Source: Eledone cirrhosa (lineage: Eukaryota). From it: a DNA stretch of 64,000 bases. The stretch is taken from the NCBI GenBank assembly GCA_964016885.1, contig OZ024759.1, positions 24,986,001 through 25,050,000 on the forward strand. Reading direction: 5' to 3'. The notes under the pieces were generated by a model. It saw nothing but the letters and a program-made list of their open reading frames with translations. It searched no databases and had not been told where the DNA came from. Below are positions 51,441-64,000 of this stretch, one piece after another. Position 1 is the first letter of the stretch; each line of letters opens with the position of its first letter. The position numbers were made by a program, and so were the translations under genes.

Positions 51441-53117
51441 TTGCTCCAGTATAATTGGCTGGAAATGAGTACTAGCATTAGCTAGGAGTTTAACCCTGTT
51501 TGGACTGGTGTCATGTCCAGGGGCATCACATACTCTCAGTCATTTCACACTGTGGAAACTCTGCAATGAACTGCTGTACTATCCAGTGGGGAGAGTCTTG
51601 TCTTCTTAATTGTTTAACACCATGGAAATCAGTATAAGCACTGGCCTGATGAGCCTCCAGACTCAAAACAGACTTTAACTCTGCGATGGACTAGCATCCT
51701 GTCCGGGGGAAGTTGTGTACTCTCAGTTACTTACACTATGGAAACCGGGGATAAGCACCAGCCTGATGAACTTCCAGACTTGAGGCAGTCTTTAGACTTC
51801 TCTTTTCAGTTATAATCCTGCCAGAATTCCAGTTGAGTTGTTTATTGGTAAAATAAAGGGGAATGGCTATATTGATATTGACTGAATTGGTTCCTTACAA
51901 AAATTAATTTCCTGACTAATCAAGGAACAAATATTTATAATCAAGAGCTGTAAAGTAAAAAATAATTGAAAAATAAAATTCACCTGCTGCGATGTGTGTT
52001 TGAAGACTGTGCCCCCTCTCTCATAGCCCCAAGACCCTCCCAGGAACATGTGGGCAAAGAAGAAGAAGAAGAAGAAGGAGTCGAGGAAGAAGGCAAAGAA
52101 GGAGAAGAAGAATCAAAGAAGAAGACAAAAAAGAAAAAAGAAGAAAAAGAGAAGACACAATAAGAAGGCAGAAGCCGATACAATAAGAAGGCAGAAGCCA
52201 ACAGAATTAAGAAGACAGAAGGAGACGACAGAAAAAAAAGAAGGAATAAGTTTTATATCCCTCCTCCTCCACATTCACCCCCCCTCATCCCATTCACCCC
52301 TCGCCGAAAACACAGATACTGTCAGGGTACAATTGTAGAGAAGATGAAATTTTAGATGTCTTACCTTTAGTGATTAATTATTCAAAGCCATAAGATAGTG
52401 TTGTTGAATTTCTCATTAAGTTTAATAGGAGTCTTTAAACTAACACACACCTGAGGAAGCTGAAAGAAAGAAAAGAACAACAATAAATAGCCACATTAAA
52501 ACAATACTGAGAGTATGGAAGGTTTTCAGAGAGAGAGAGCACAACAACAAAAGGCTCAATGCTGTTAGTTTATCATATAGAACAGGTAGGTGTGGAGATT
52601 GGGGAGGGGATTGGGTGTCTGAGGGACACATCCCTTCCAGGAAGAAGACAGAAGAAGAAAAAGAAAAAGAAGAGAAAAAGAAAAAGAAGAAAAAGAAGAA
52701 AAAGAAGAAAAAGAAAAAGAAGAAAAAGAAAAAGAAGAAGAAGAAGGAGAAGAAGAAGAAGAAGAAGAAGAAGAAGTGGTAGTGGTGGTGTTAGTAACTA
52801 TTTAACAAACACCAAATGGATACAACACATGTGGAGGTAGCAGCTGTGGTGTCAGTCTAGTAACTGTGTAACAAACACAAAATGGACGACAAGTTTAACT
52901 GGAAAACTTGTGTTTTTGTTTTGCATCTCAGTTTCAAGTTAATCTTGGTGTCAATTCCAGTTACCAATGATTGGCATTTCACTCAGAAAATAAAGGACAC
53001 CGCAATAAGAAAGGAAATGGTAATTAGAATTGGTTTTTGAGAAGCTTCGAGACAGTAGCTTTTGGTGAATAAAGAAATCATTATTATTATATTATAGTTA
53101 GTTTTATTATTATTATT

Positions 53118-54020
53118 AGATTGGCAGTATCAGTAAAGCGTCGGACGCCATGCTTTGTAGCATAGAGTTACGGCCCTCTATGATCTGAGTTCAAATCCCG
53201 CCGAGGTTAACTTTGCCTTTCATCCTTACGGGGTCGATAAAATAAAGTACCAGTAATGTACTGGGTATTTGCTGGCCTTGTGCCTAAAGTAGAAACAATT
53301 ATTATTGGCAGTATCAGTAGAGCATCAGATACCATGCCTTGCAGCATAGAGTTATGGTCCTTTACGTTCTGAGTTCAAATCCTGCCGAGGTTAACTTTGC
53401 CTTTCATCCTTACAGGGTCGATAAAATAAAGCACCAGTAATGCACTGGGGTTGATTTAATCAACTTTCCCCTCCCCCCAAATTGCTGGCCTTGTGCCTAA
53501 ATAAGAAACCATTACTATAAAGGCAGTGAATTGTCAGTATAGGTAGAGTGTCAGGAAACATACTTTGCAGCATATAGTTACGGCCCTTTCCATTCTGAGT
53601 TCAAATCCCACCGAGGTTAGCTTTGCCTTTCATCCTTACGGGATTGATAAAATAACGTACCAGTAATGCACTGGGGTTGATAAAATAAAGTAGCAGTAAT
53701 GCACTGGGGTCGATAAAATAAAGTACCAATAACACACTGGGTGTGATTTAATCGACTTTCCACGCCTCCAAAATTGATGGCCTTGTGCCTATAAGAAACC
53801 ATTATTATTATTATTATTATTATTATTAAGGGCGGTGGATTGGCAGTATCGGTAGAGAGTCGGACGCCATGCTTTGCAGCAAAGAGTTACGGCCCTTGCC
53901 ATTCTGAGATCAAATCCCGCCGAGGTTAACTTTGCCTTTCATCCTTACGGGGTCGACAAAATAAAGTACCAGTAATACACTGGGATAATTGCTGGCCTTG
54001 TGCCTAAAGTAGAAACAATT
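53118..54020 (+). mobile_element. Head-to-tail cluster of 4 tRNA-derived SINEs (SINE-A)
   Basis: Unit GGCGGTGGATTGGCAGTATCGGTAGAG (A-box-like) ... GAGTTCAAATCCC (B box) ... GCCTTTCATCCTTACGGGGTCGATAAAATAAAGTACCAG ... GGCCTTGTGCCTAAAGTAGAAACAATT(ATT)n. Confidence 0.92.
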
Positions 54021-56415
54021 ATTATTATTATTATTATTGTTATGTTTAATCCCTGGAAAGGAAAGTAATCTTTCTAAATAAAAAGTTTTCCTGAAATGAG
54101 ATAAATTTGTCTGCAAGAAAGATATGGAATAATGGAAAAAAAAACAAATGACTAAAAAAAAAAAAAGAACAAAAACGCCAATGACATTAAGCGGAGAGGA
54201 AAGGAGGGGATAAGTTCTTGACAATAAAGACGATAACTATTAAACTATTTGTGTGAAATATAAATGAAGATTTAGCAGAAGGAAGATTTGGCAAAAGACT
54301 TGGAATAAAAACAGAATTCTATGAGAAGTAGAGAAAGATTGACAACATAATCTGATGTGGAATCACAAAATGGTAAATACAATGTATTAAACTTTCATAC
54401 TGTTGTTACACTAGAAACTGTTGCCTCTGTGTTACAGTAATACAATGTATCATTGTTACATATTACTATGACAACACTGTAAGATGGGTTAGGCTCCCGG
54501 TGTCATTGCCATTCACTGACAGGCTCCAAAACTATGGTTCTATTGTGAGACGGGTTCAGCACGGCCTGTCCCTCCTCATAACAGAGCCATCCACTTCCAT
54601 ATTGTAAATGTAGTTGGTGTTAGGAAGGGCATCCAGCTATAAAATACCCAGACAAATTTACAGTCTTTGCTAGAACAAGGTGCGCATAGCGAACTCTGGC
54701 CAGACTTGCCTCCTGGCGTGGATGACCTGTCTAACTCGTGCAAGCATGGAAAAATGGACGCTAAATGATGATGATGATTGTTGTTACACTAGAAACTGTC
54801 TTCTCTCTGTGTTACAGTAATACAATTATTGTTACATACTGTTGTTACACAAGAAACTGTCTTCTCTCCTCTCTGTGTGACAGTAAATAACCTCACAGTC
54901 AACACACAACAACAATTTAGATCCCAGTAGATTAACTGAACCAATCTATGCTCAATGTGTCATTTTGTTGGGGGGTTTTTTTGGTGTGTTGGGTTTAGTT
55001 AGGTTTGGTTATGGTTATGTTGTGTTGGTTTGGTATGGTTGGCTTGAGTTGAGTTGGGCTGGGTGGGCATTCGTTTTGGTGTGGTTTTGTTTTAGTTTTG
55101 GTGTTTTTTTGTGTTTTATAAGTAGTCTTGGGATGCAAATGGCCTATCTACAGTACATGTACACAGAGTTTGGGAGTTAATAAAATTAAGTACCAGTTAA
55201 GTACTGGGGTTGACTTAATCAACTCTGCTGGCCCTGTACCTAAATCAAAAATCAATATTATACTACAGTTAGGTACCAGTCAATTACTTGGGCTGACTTA
55301 ATCAACTTCCTCCTGTCCCCAACAAGATTTATTGCCATGTCCATAAATTAAAAATCAAAACTATACTACAGTTAAGTACTGGGTTGATATAATCAACTTC
55401 CTCCTGTCCCCTACAAGATATCTGGCCATGTACCTAAATTAAAAATCAATATTGTACTACACTCAACTACCAGTCAATTCCGGGGATTGATTTAATCAAC
55501 TTTATTCTTCTAAATTTGCTGGCCTTGTGTTTAAATTAGAAATCAATTTTATTTCAATGATTTTTGGTTTGGTTTTTTCAAATATCAGCGAAATTTGATT
55601 GAATTAGCTGACAGGTTTGAGGAAAATGTTTTCTGTTCACATACTCCAAACCTTGTTTAATGTGGAGGTTAGTGTGTCAGGGAAAGACCAATATTATCAA
55701 ACATTGATGGAGTAGTAACAAACAGAAACAAACACACACAAAAACATGACAAAAGAAACAACAACAACTACACCAACTGTAGCTATAACAATTTTAGAGA
55801 AATAAAATTACTACTACTACTACAACAATAAACAACTACTACAACTACAACAGTCACAACAACTGCAACAAAATATTAAGTACAACAACAACTGCAACAA
55901 TTTAAGAGAAAAAAAACATTAACAACAAGAACAATAACTACAACAGCAACCACAATAAGAACAACAAAAGCTGTAAGAAGAATAACATCAACTACTACAA
56001 CAATTATAATAACAATTACTACATGAACAATAACAGCAATTATAACTACAATAACAATTACTACAATAAGAACAATAACAAGAATTATATGAACAATAAC
56101 AACAACATCAAGAACAATAAAGAGCTACAAGTAACACAGACGTCTTAGAAATTTTACTAAGAATTGATCAATATTATCTTGAAAGAACAATAGACATTGT
56201 TAAATCTATTCCTTGCTCCTTGTTCATATTTAACCCAAGGTAAACTTTAGTTGATCTTTATTTCTTCTGTCCAAATGCTTTTATTTTCATAAAACCAAGT
56301 TTGGCTGAAGACGGCATAGTAGTTTGCTTGAAGCATTGTTGTAAAGTGTAGACAATGGTATGTTGTATTGGAAGACTACAGCATTGGAAATGGTACATTA
56401 AATGTTTGAAATAAT

Positions 56416-56980
56416 GGTTTCTGATTTAAACAAAAGGCCAGCAATGTTTTGCGGGAGAAGGGAAAATCATTTAAATTGACCACAGTGCATGACTGGTACT
56501 ATATTTTATCAACTTCATACTGATGAAATGCAAAGCTAACCTCGGCGGGATTTGAACTCACAATGTAAAGTGATGTAACTCTATGCTGCAAAGCATGTTA
56601 TCAGATGAATTAAATGTTAAAAATAATGGTTTCTGATTTAGACACAAGGCCAACAATTTTTGGGAGAGGGGAAAGTCAATTAAATCAACCACAGTACATA
56701 ACTGGTACTATATTTTATCGACACTGTAGGGATGAAATGTAAAACTAACCTTGGTGGGATTTGAACTCAGAATGTAAAGAGCCTGAGCAAATGCCAGAAA
56801 GGATTTTACCCATTTCTCTGACAATTGTGTCAATCCATCACCCTTAAATGTTAAAAAATAATTGTTTCTACTTTTGGCACAAGGCCAGCAATTATCCCAG
56901 TGTATTACTGGTACTTTAATTTATCGACCCCGTAAGGATGAAAGGCAAAGTTAACCTCAGTGGGATTTGAACTCAGATGA
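56416..56980 (-). mobile_element. Cluster of 3 SINE-A copies
   Basis: Same consensus; TTAAATGTTAAAAATAAT spacer repeated. Confidence 0.88.
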
Positions 56981-57539
56981 TAACAAATACTAGAATTCGA
57001 CACCTAATTGCTAACAGGCAAACACTGCATTTCACTTACAAAAATACAACCAACCATAACTTACATCAGAACAGCTCAGAACACTGTCGTGTATTGAATT
57101 TCTATTGAATCTTATCTAACAAGTACTGTGTAATTGTTTAATTATTTAATGACAGCCAATCATATCACAATCATGTGTTTCAAGTGTACTTGTGTTTTTT
57201 GCCTATATATTATGCTTCAGTTAAACAGAGGTACACAATTCTATCCAACAGGTTCTAAGTACAGTCTAATGGTTTGATGAGTACGCAATTCTTTCTCTCA
57301 CCATGGAATTACATTCAGTGTTAGTACTATTACATCCTCGCTTCAGTTCTACAGTTTATTGTGCTTCATTGTATCGAAATAGAAATTTGTAAACTACTGT
57401 TCCTTGTTCAATTACCTATGCACATAAGGAAATAAACAAGACACAACAATCACATACCACGAGAGTCAGAACAAATACCACAAAGCATTCTATTTGATGT
57501 TCTAACAACCCTGCCAATTTGCCACCTGTATTTCACATT

Positions 57540-58300
57540 GTTCTTTCTGCCAGGAGTTGTGACAAACAGACAGTATCAGCAAAGGAAAAACCAATAGAAA
57601 CACTGTTTCCTTGGTTTCATCTAACAATCAACTTACTTCTTCTGCCAGGAGTTGTGACCAACAGATAGTATCAGTTATGGAAAGATCAATGGAAACATTG
57701 TTTGCTTGATCTGATCTGATCTGATGATCAGTTCCTTTCTTCTGCCAGGAGTTGTGACAAACAGATAGTATCAGCAACTGAAAGACCAATGAAAACATTG
57801 CTTCTTTGGTTTGATCTAACAATCAGTTCCTTTCTTCTGCCAGGAGTTGAACCAACAGATAGTATCAGTTATGGAAAGATCAATGGAAACATTGTTTGCT
57901 TGATCTGATCTGATCTGATGATCAGTTCCTTTCTTCTGCTAGGAGTTGTGACAAACAGATAGTATCAGCAACTGAAAGACCAATGAAAACATTGCTTCTT
58001 TGGTTTGATCTAACAATCAGTTCCTTTCTTCTGCCAGGAGTTGAACCAACAGATAGTATCAGTTATGGAAAGATCAATGGAAACATTGTTTGCTTGATCT
58101 GATCTGATCTGATGATCAGTTCCTTTCTTCTGCCAGGAGTTGTGACAAACAGATAGTATCAGCAACTGAAAGACCAATGAAAACATTGCTTCTTTGGTTT
58201 GATCTAACAATCAGTTCCTTTCTTCTGCCAGGAGTTGAACCAACAGATAGTATCAGTTATGGAAAACCCAATGGAAACATTGTTTCATTGGTCTTGATTT
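57540..58300 (+). repeat. Higher-order tandem repeat: ~191-bp dimer of two ~89/102-bp related monomers (8 monomers)
   Basis: TTCTGCCAGGAGTTG..AACAGATAGTATCAG in alternating A/B variants; the long and short monomers alternate with a period of about 191 bp. Confidence 0.9.
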
Positions 58301-59989
58301 GAACTCAGAGAACAGAGAGCCAAAACAAATTCTGCAAAGCATTCTATCCGACATCCTAACGACTCTGCCGATTCACCACCTACTGAAATATTAAGGACTA
58401 ATTTAACAACTCCAAGATAACATTCCAACAAGTTTGTTATCATTGTATTTTCTAATATTTAATGTCTCATTTGCATAGCTTGTAGCCTTCTAATAAAAGA
58501 CACCATTTTTTCCTCAAGTTTGTCTTGTAGTAGAAACAGAATACAATGCAGTTTAAAAACAGAACAACCAACTTGACTCAACCAACTGTTTCATTCACAC
58601 CATTTATCGATTTTCTTTTCAAAATTCTAAATTCTTAAAAAATAATAAATAAAAAAAATAATTAAAAAAAATGTTTAATTAATTTTTTTTTATCTTTGAC
58701 TCTGAAGAGGGAAAAAAATTAAATCTGAATCTGGTTCTTTTTTCTCTCTTGCCACAATCCCTCCTCCTCTACCACCCTCCCTCCTCCTCTTGCCACCCCA
58801 CACACATTCTATCTTTTTGTCCCTTGCTTCAGTTAGATGTTGTTGAGTTCAAGCCCTGATCAAGATTTAGTGATGACATTTTATATAATGACATGAAAAA
58901 CAGGGTAATCTGTTAAAGGTGCCCAAGACCAGGTTGGAGGTGATATTAGTGGTGGTGTTGTTGGTGGTGGTGGTGTTGTTGTTGGTGGTGTTATTGGTGG
59001 TGGTGGTGTTACTAATCGTGGTGGTGGTGATATTGGTGGTGGTAGTGGTGGTGGTTGTTACCCAAATATGTCTAAACTTATCTGGATAAAGGAGAGAAAG
59101 AAGGATTAATGATACTGGGACTGTTGAACGCCAGAGCTAGAGAGAGAGAGGAACAGGGGGAGAGAGAGGTGGACAGAGGGAGAGAGAAGTGGAGAGAGAG
59201 AGAGGAGTAGAGTAATATATAGAGTGAGAGAGAGGAGGAATGAGACAGAGAGAGTGAGAAAGAGAGAGAGTAAGATATAGAGTGAGAGAGAGGGGGAATG
59301 AGACAGAGAGAGTGAGATATAGAGAGTGTGAGAGTGAGATAGAGAGTGAGATAGAGAGAGTGAAGGGAAGTGACAAACTGACAGAAGGAGAGAAATAATG
59401 CTGACATAGATATGATGAATGATGCAGAAGTGGCTGTAAATGATGATGATTATGATGAGGATAATGATGATGATGATAATGATGCTGACGATAATGATGA
59501 TGACATTTCATGCGAAATTTTCTTTTAAAAAAAACTAAAAACTAAAACAACAACAACAATAATAATAATAATAATAATTTCTTTTTAAAATAATAATAAA
59601 AATAACATCTTACAAGAGGTCAGTATTTGAAATGTTGCAATTATTTTAAAAGATAAAGATTGAAAGACGAAGAAATAACCAAAATTTCAATTTATTTCTT
59701 TAACTTTAGTTTTTTTTTTCAAATCATACAAAATTCCGTAAAAGATTTTATTTATTATTTATTTATTTTCCCATTTTTAAACAAATTTGATATAATTCCA
59801 TAATTCCATCTGCTTAACAGAAGAAAGTTGCATTTAAATCTACGTTATTATTATTTTTTCTTTATTATTATTATTATTCTTTTATTTTTATTTTTTTTAT
59901 TATTTCTTTTACTCGATTTTATTGTATATGTCGGCCCTTGTGGCCAATAAATGAAACAATTATTATTATTGCTATCATCATCATTATTA

Positions 59990-61416
59990 TATTTTTTTAT
60001 CAAATATACTTTCAAATTTCTCAACCATTCAAAAGACAGATAAAAAGTATACCACCCTGCTCTTTAAAATTCAAGTACAATATCATTATTATTAATATTA
60101 TCATTTATGTTTTTTAATCATCAAATATACTTTTAAGTTTTTCCATATTAACATTTCTCAACCAGACAAAAGACATTTTAAAAAGATCATCTCTCTCTTT
60201 TATAAATACAAGTACATCATCATCATCATCATCATCATTATTATTATTATTAATATATTTTTTTATTAAATATACTTTTAAGTTTTTCTATATTAACATT
60301 CGTCATCCATACAAAAGACAGATTCAAAAAAGGAAATAGCTCCCCACTCTTTTAAATTTAAGGGCAATATTGTTATTATTATTATTATTATTTGAGTCTC
60401 AGTCATTGATGTTATTTAACTGGAAAGTTTGTTCAAATGAACATTATTATTATTATTAGAAGTAGTAGGGCGGTGGATTGGCAGTATCGGTAGAGGGTCG
60501 GACGCCATGTTTTGACGTATAGAATTACGGCCCTTGCCATTCTGAGTTTAAATCCCGCCGAGGTTAACTTTGCCTTTCATCCTTACGGAGTCGATAAAAT
60601 AAAGTACCAGTAATGCACTGGTTATTGCTGGTCTTGTGTTAAAAGTAGAAACAATTATTATTAGAAGTTAGTAGTAATAGTAGAATTTTTTTAAACATCA
60701 AAATACTTTTAAATTTCTCTATATTAACATTTCTCAAGCAGACGAAAGACAGATTTAAAAAAACAAAAAATACCACCACCCTCTCTTTTAAATCCAAATA
60801 CAATATTATTAATATTATTGTTAAATCTGTTTACACACAAAACACACACATGCACACATACACGTGCTCTATGTTTTTGTCCTGTGTCATCATGTTTTCT
60901 TAATGTAAACCCTTTGTGGTGAATAAAGAAACCCAGTGTCAGTAGAGCATTGGACGCCATGCTTCGTGGCCTAAAGTTAGGGCAATTTACGTTCTGAGTT
61001 CAAATCCCACCAAGGTTAGCATTACACTACCTTTCATCCTTACGGGGTCAATAAAATAAAGTACCAGTCACGCACTGAGGTTGTTTTAATCAAATTTCCC
61101 CTCTCCCAAAATTGCTGGCCTTGTGCCTAAATCAGAAACCATTATCATCATCCCGACATGTTGACCTTTGTGGCCTATAAATTAAATCATGCTTTGACGC
61201 ATAGAGTTACGGCCCTTGCCATTCTGAGTTCAAATCCCGCCGAGGTAGACTTTACCTTTCATCCTTATGGGGTCGATAAAATAAAACACCAGTAATGCAC
61301 TGGGGTAATTGGTGGCCTTGTGCCAAAAGTAGAAACAATTATTATTGTATATATATGTATGTATGTATGGATGTATATATATATATGTATGTATGTATGG
61401 ATGGATGGATGTATAT

Positions 61417-61453
<37 letters not shown>

Positions 61454-61660
61454 TGTATGTATATGTATGTATGGATGTATATATATATATGTATGTATGT
61501 ATGGATGTATGGATGTATATATATATATATATATAGTGTGTGTGTGTGTGTGTGTGTATGTATGTCTTTATTTTTATCATTAAATATACTTTTAAGTTTA
61601 TATTAAACATCTTTCTACCATACAAAAGATAGATTTTTTAAAAATAAAATAAAATACCCC
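59990..61660 (+). repeat. Old ~130-bp tandem repeat x ~5, broken up by SINE-A insertions and microsatellites
   Basis: ATCAAATATACTTTTAAGTTT...TATTAACATTTCTCAACC..ACAAAAGACAGA at ~59999, 60119, 60266, 60697, 61578. Confidence 0.7.
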
Positions 61661-62531
61661 CACCGCATCCCCTTCTTCTTCCCCTGCCCCACCAACCCCG
61701 CACCCACAACAAAAATTGGAAAATAAGTTAAACCTTCTTTGATGGAACTTTTACTGTATTCTGTTTGTTGAAGAGTTATTAATTTCCTGTCTGAAAGACA
61801 GGGACAAAAGGAAAAGATATTTATCTAGAAAGGAAAGATTGAAAATATTTTTAAACATATATATATATATATATACACATATATATATATACACACACAC
61901 ACACATACATACATATATATATATATGTGTGTGTGTGTGTTTGTATGCATAAATATATATATATATACGCATATATACATACACATATATATATATACAT
62001 ATATATATAAATATATGTATGTGTGTGTGTGTGTATAAATATATATGTATATATATATATACATATGTGTGGGTGTGTGTGTGTATTTATATATCTTTAA
62101 CAGAAAAGAATTAAATGAAAGAAATTGGCAAAGACTAATATTGGAGTAGTGCCATCTGGTACTTCATATGTAATATATGAAACATGAAACCATTTTACTT
62201 CCCCCAAGATATATAACATATAATACATAATATAATATAAAATATATTATTCAATATAGTATATACTATATAATATAATACATAATATAAAATATATTTG
62301 ATATTATATAATATAATATATATTATATTATATATAATATAATATATAGTACAATATATGATATAGTATATAATATATAACAGAGTTTAATATATAATAC
62401 AATATATATGATACAATATATGATATAACATATAATATATTATATAATATAATATAATATAATATATAGTATAAAATATAATACTCAGTGTATAATATAT
62501 AATATAGTATAACATATAATACAGTATAATA

Positions 62532-63021
62532 TCTTAACTATAATAAAGGAAGGTCTGCGGGGTTGCGTTCAGAATATATTTTTTTACCCCATTTGTAAAA
62601 TAAGTTGGATTACTTTGAATAAATAATGAATGAATATTACATAAATTATGTGCTAAATTTCGTGGCTGTTGATTAAATATATTTTATAGCTTAATCTTTA
62701 AAATTCACTTCTTTAAAATTATCAAATGTCAACACTTCCGGTTAGCGGCCGTTATATTACAACACTTATAATCGCATATATTTCCGTCGCTAATTTTCTC
62801 CTAATGCAGTTTATATATACTGTTGTGTTTTTTTTTATATATCATGGATTACTGAATGCAGAAGACAGTGTAACATAGGCTTTGTTCAATTTTTGTGTAT
62901 ATTGTCAATTACGATTTTATTTGATGTATCATATTTACATGCATATATACTTGTGTATAATATCAACATACACACTACACATGCTAACAGAAAACCACCT
63001 GTAGAGTGGTTTTTCTGCTAG
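62532..63021 (+). mobile_element. Non-autonomous Helitron, ~490 bp
   Basis: A|TC 5' end (TCTTAACTATAATAAAGG), subterminal hairpin AAAACCAC-CTGTAGA-GTGGTTTT, CTAG|T 3' end, no TSD. Confidence 0.8.
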
Positions 63022-63429
63022 TATAATATAATTGTTTCTACGTTAGGCACAAGGCCAGCAATTACCCAGTTCATTACTGGTACTTTATTTTAGCGACCCC
63101 TTAAGGATGAAAGGCAAAGTTAACCTCGGCGGGATTTGCACTCAGATCGTAAATAGACATAACTCTATGCTTCAAAGCATGGTGTCCGACTCTCTACCGA
63201 TACGGCCAATCTACCTATAATATAATATAGTATAATTCATAATTTAACAAAATGAGGCCCCTTCTCTATCTGAGCATAATATTAGTTGGACATGCTGTTT
63301 CTTCAGAAAGGAAGGGAGTGATGTGAGGAAGGGAGGAGAGATGTAATGATGATAATGGTGGCAGTGGTCATGATGATGATGGTGATGATAATGATGTACG
63401 TATGAGTCCCCAACACAACCACAATACTG

Positions 63430-64000
63430 GGTGTATTTTATGACATCAACATTACCACTTTACAGAGTGTACTAGGTGTATTTTATCATGGTACTAACAG
63501 TACCACTTTACAGGTTGTACTGGGAGTATTTTATCATGGTACCAACACTACCACTTTAAAGAGTGTACTGCGTGTATTTTATCATGGTACTAGCACTACC
63601 ACTTTACAGGTTGTACTGGGAGTATTTTATCATGGTACCAGCACTACCACTTTACAGGTTGTACTGGGAGTATCTTATCATGGTACCAACACTACCACTT
63701 TACAGGTTGTACTGGAAGTATTTTATCATGGTACCAGCACTACCACTTTACAGAGTGTACTGTGTGTATTTTATCATGGTACCAACACTACCACTTTACA
63801 GGTTGTACTGGGAGTATTTTATCATGGTACCAACACTACCACTTTACAGGTTGTACTGGGAGTATTTTATCATGGTACCAACACTACCACTTTACAGAGT
63901 GTACCGCGTGTATTTTATCATGGTACCAACACTACCACTTTACAGGTTGTACTGGGAGTATTTTATCATGGTACCAACACTACCACTTTACAGAGTGTAC
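63430..64000 (+). repeat. 48-bp minisatellite x >=11, runs off the window end
   Basis: ACCACTTTACAGGTTGTACTGGGAGTATTTTATCATGGTACCAACACT (period 48: 63502, 63550 ...); revcomp homolog of the 48500 unit. Confidence 0.95.

Noticed and set aside
52314-52366. GATACTGTCAGGGTA resembling miR-8/200
   Set aside because: Only a partial match, with no correctly ordered star arm or hairpin.
52559-52840. Arg/Lys-rich protamine-like ORF (also 919-1110, 52048-52338)
   Set aside because: (GAA)n/(GAAAAA)n simple repeats.

Overview
Eukaryotic, AT-rich, microsatellite-saturated non-coding DNA. The repeat complement (tRNA-derived SINEs with a GCCTTTCATCCTTNCGGGGTCGATAAAATAAAGTACCAG core, CORE-type SINEs with RTE-LINE tails, RTE/CR1 LINE relics, long (TA)n/(CA)n/(TAA)n/(GAT)n tracts) resembles an octopod cephalopod genome; this is an inference from recalled repeat families. 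I recognise no intact host protein-coding gene. Almost all ORF-track entries are microsatellite, minisatellite or TE-fragment artefacts. Well-supported features: a full-length but frameshifted DD34D mariner (20430-21710), a non-autonomous Helitron, piggyBac-type and Tc1/mariner-type MITEs, about 30 copies or fragments of one SINE, several other SINE types, LINE fragments and many tandem arrays. Best second-look signals: (i) several minimal hammerhead-ribozyme motifs of the Penelope type; (ii) two different SINEs inserted at the same site in two copies of one MITE, with an empty-site copy also present; (iii) repeated birth of tandem arrays from the same retroposon modules, including an in-frame 33-aa RTE-derived repeat ORF; (iv) a GC-rich, strongly foldable ~350-bp island; (v) a few isolated hairpins and minus-strand exon candidates. 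I found no demonstrably novel biological system; these are candidates.
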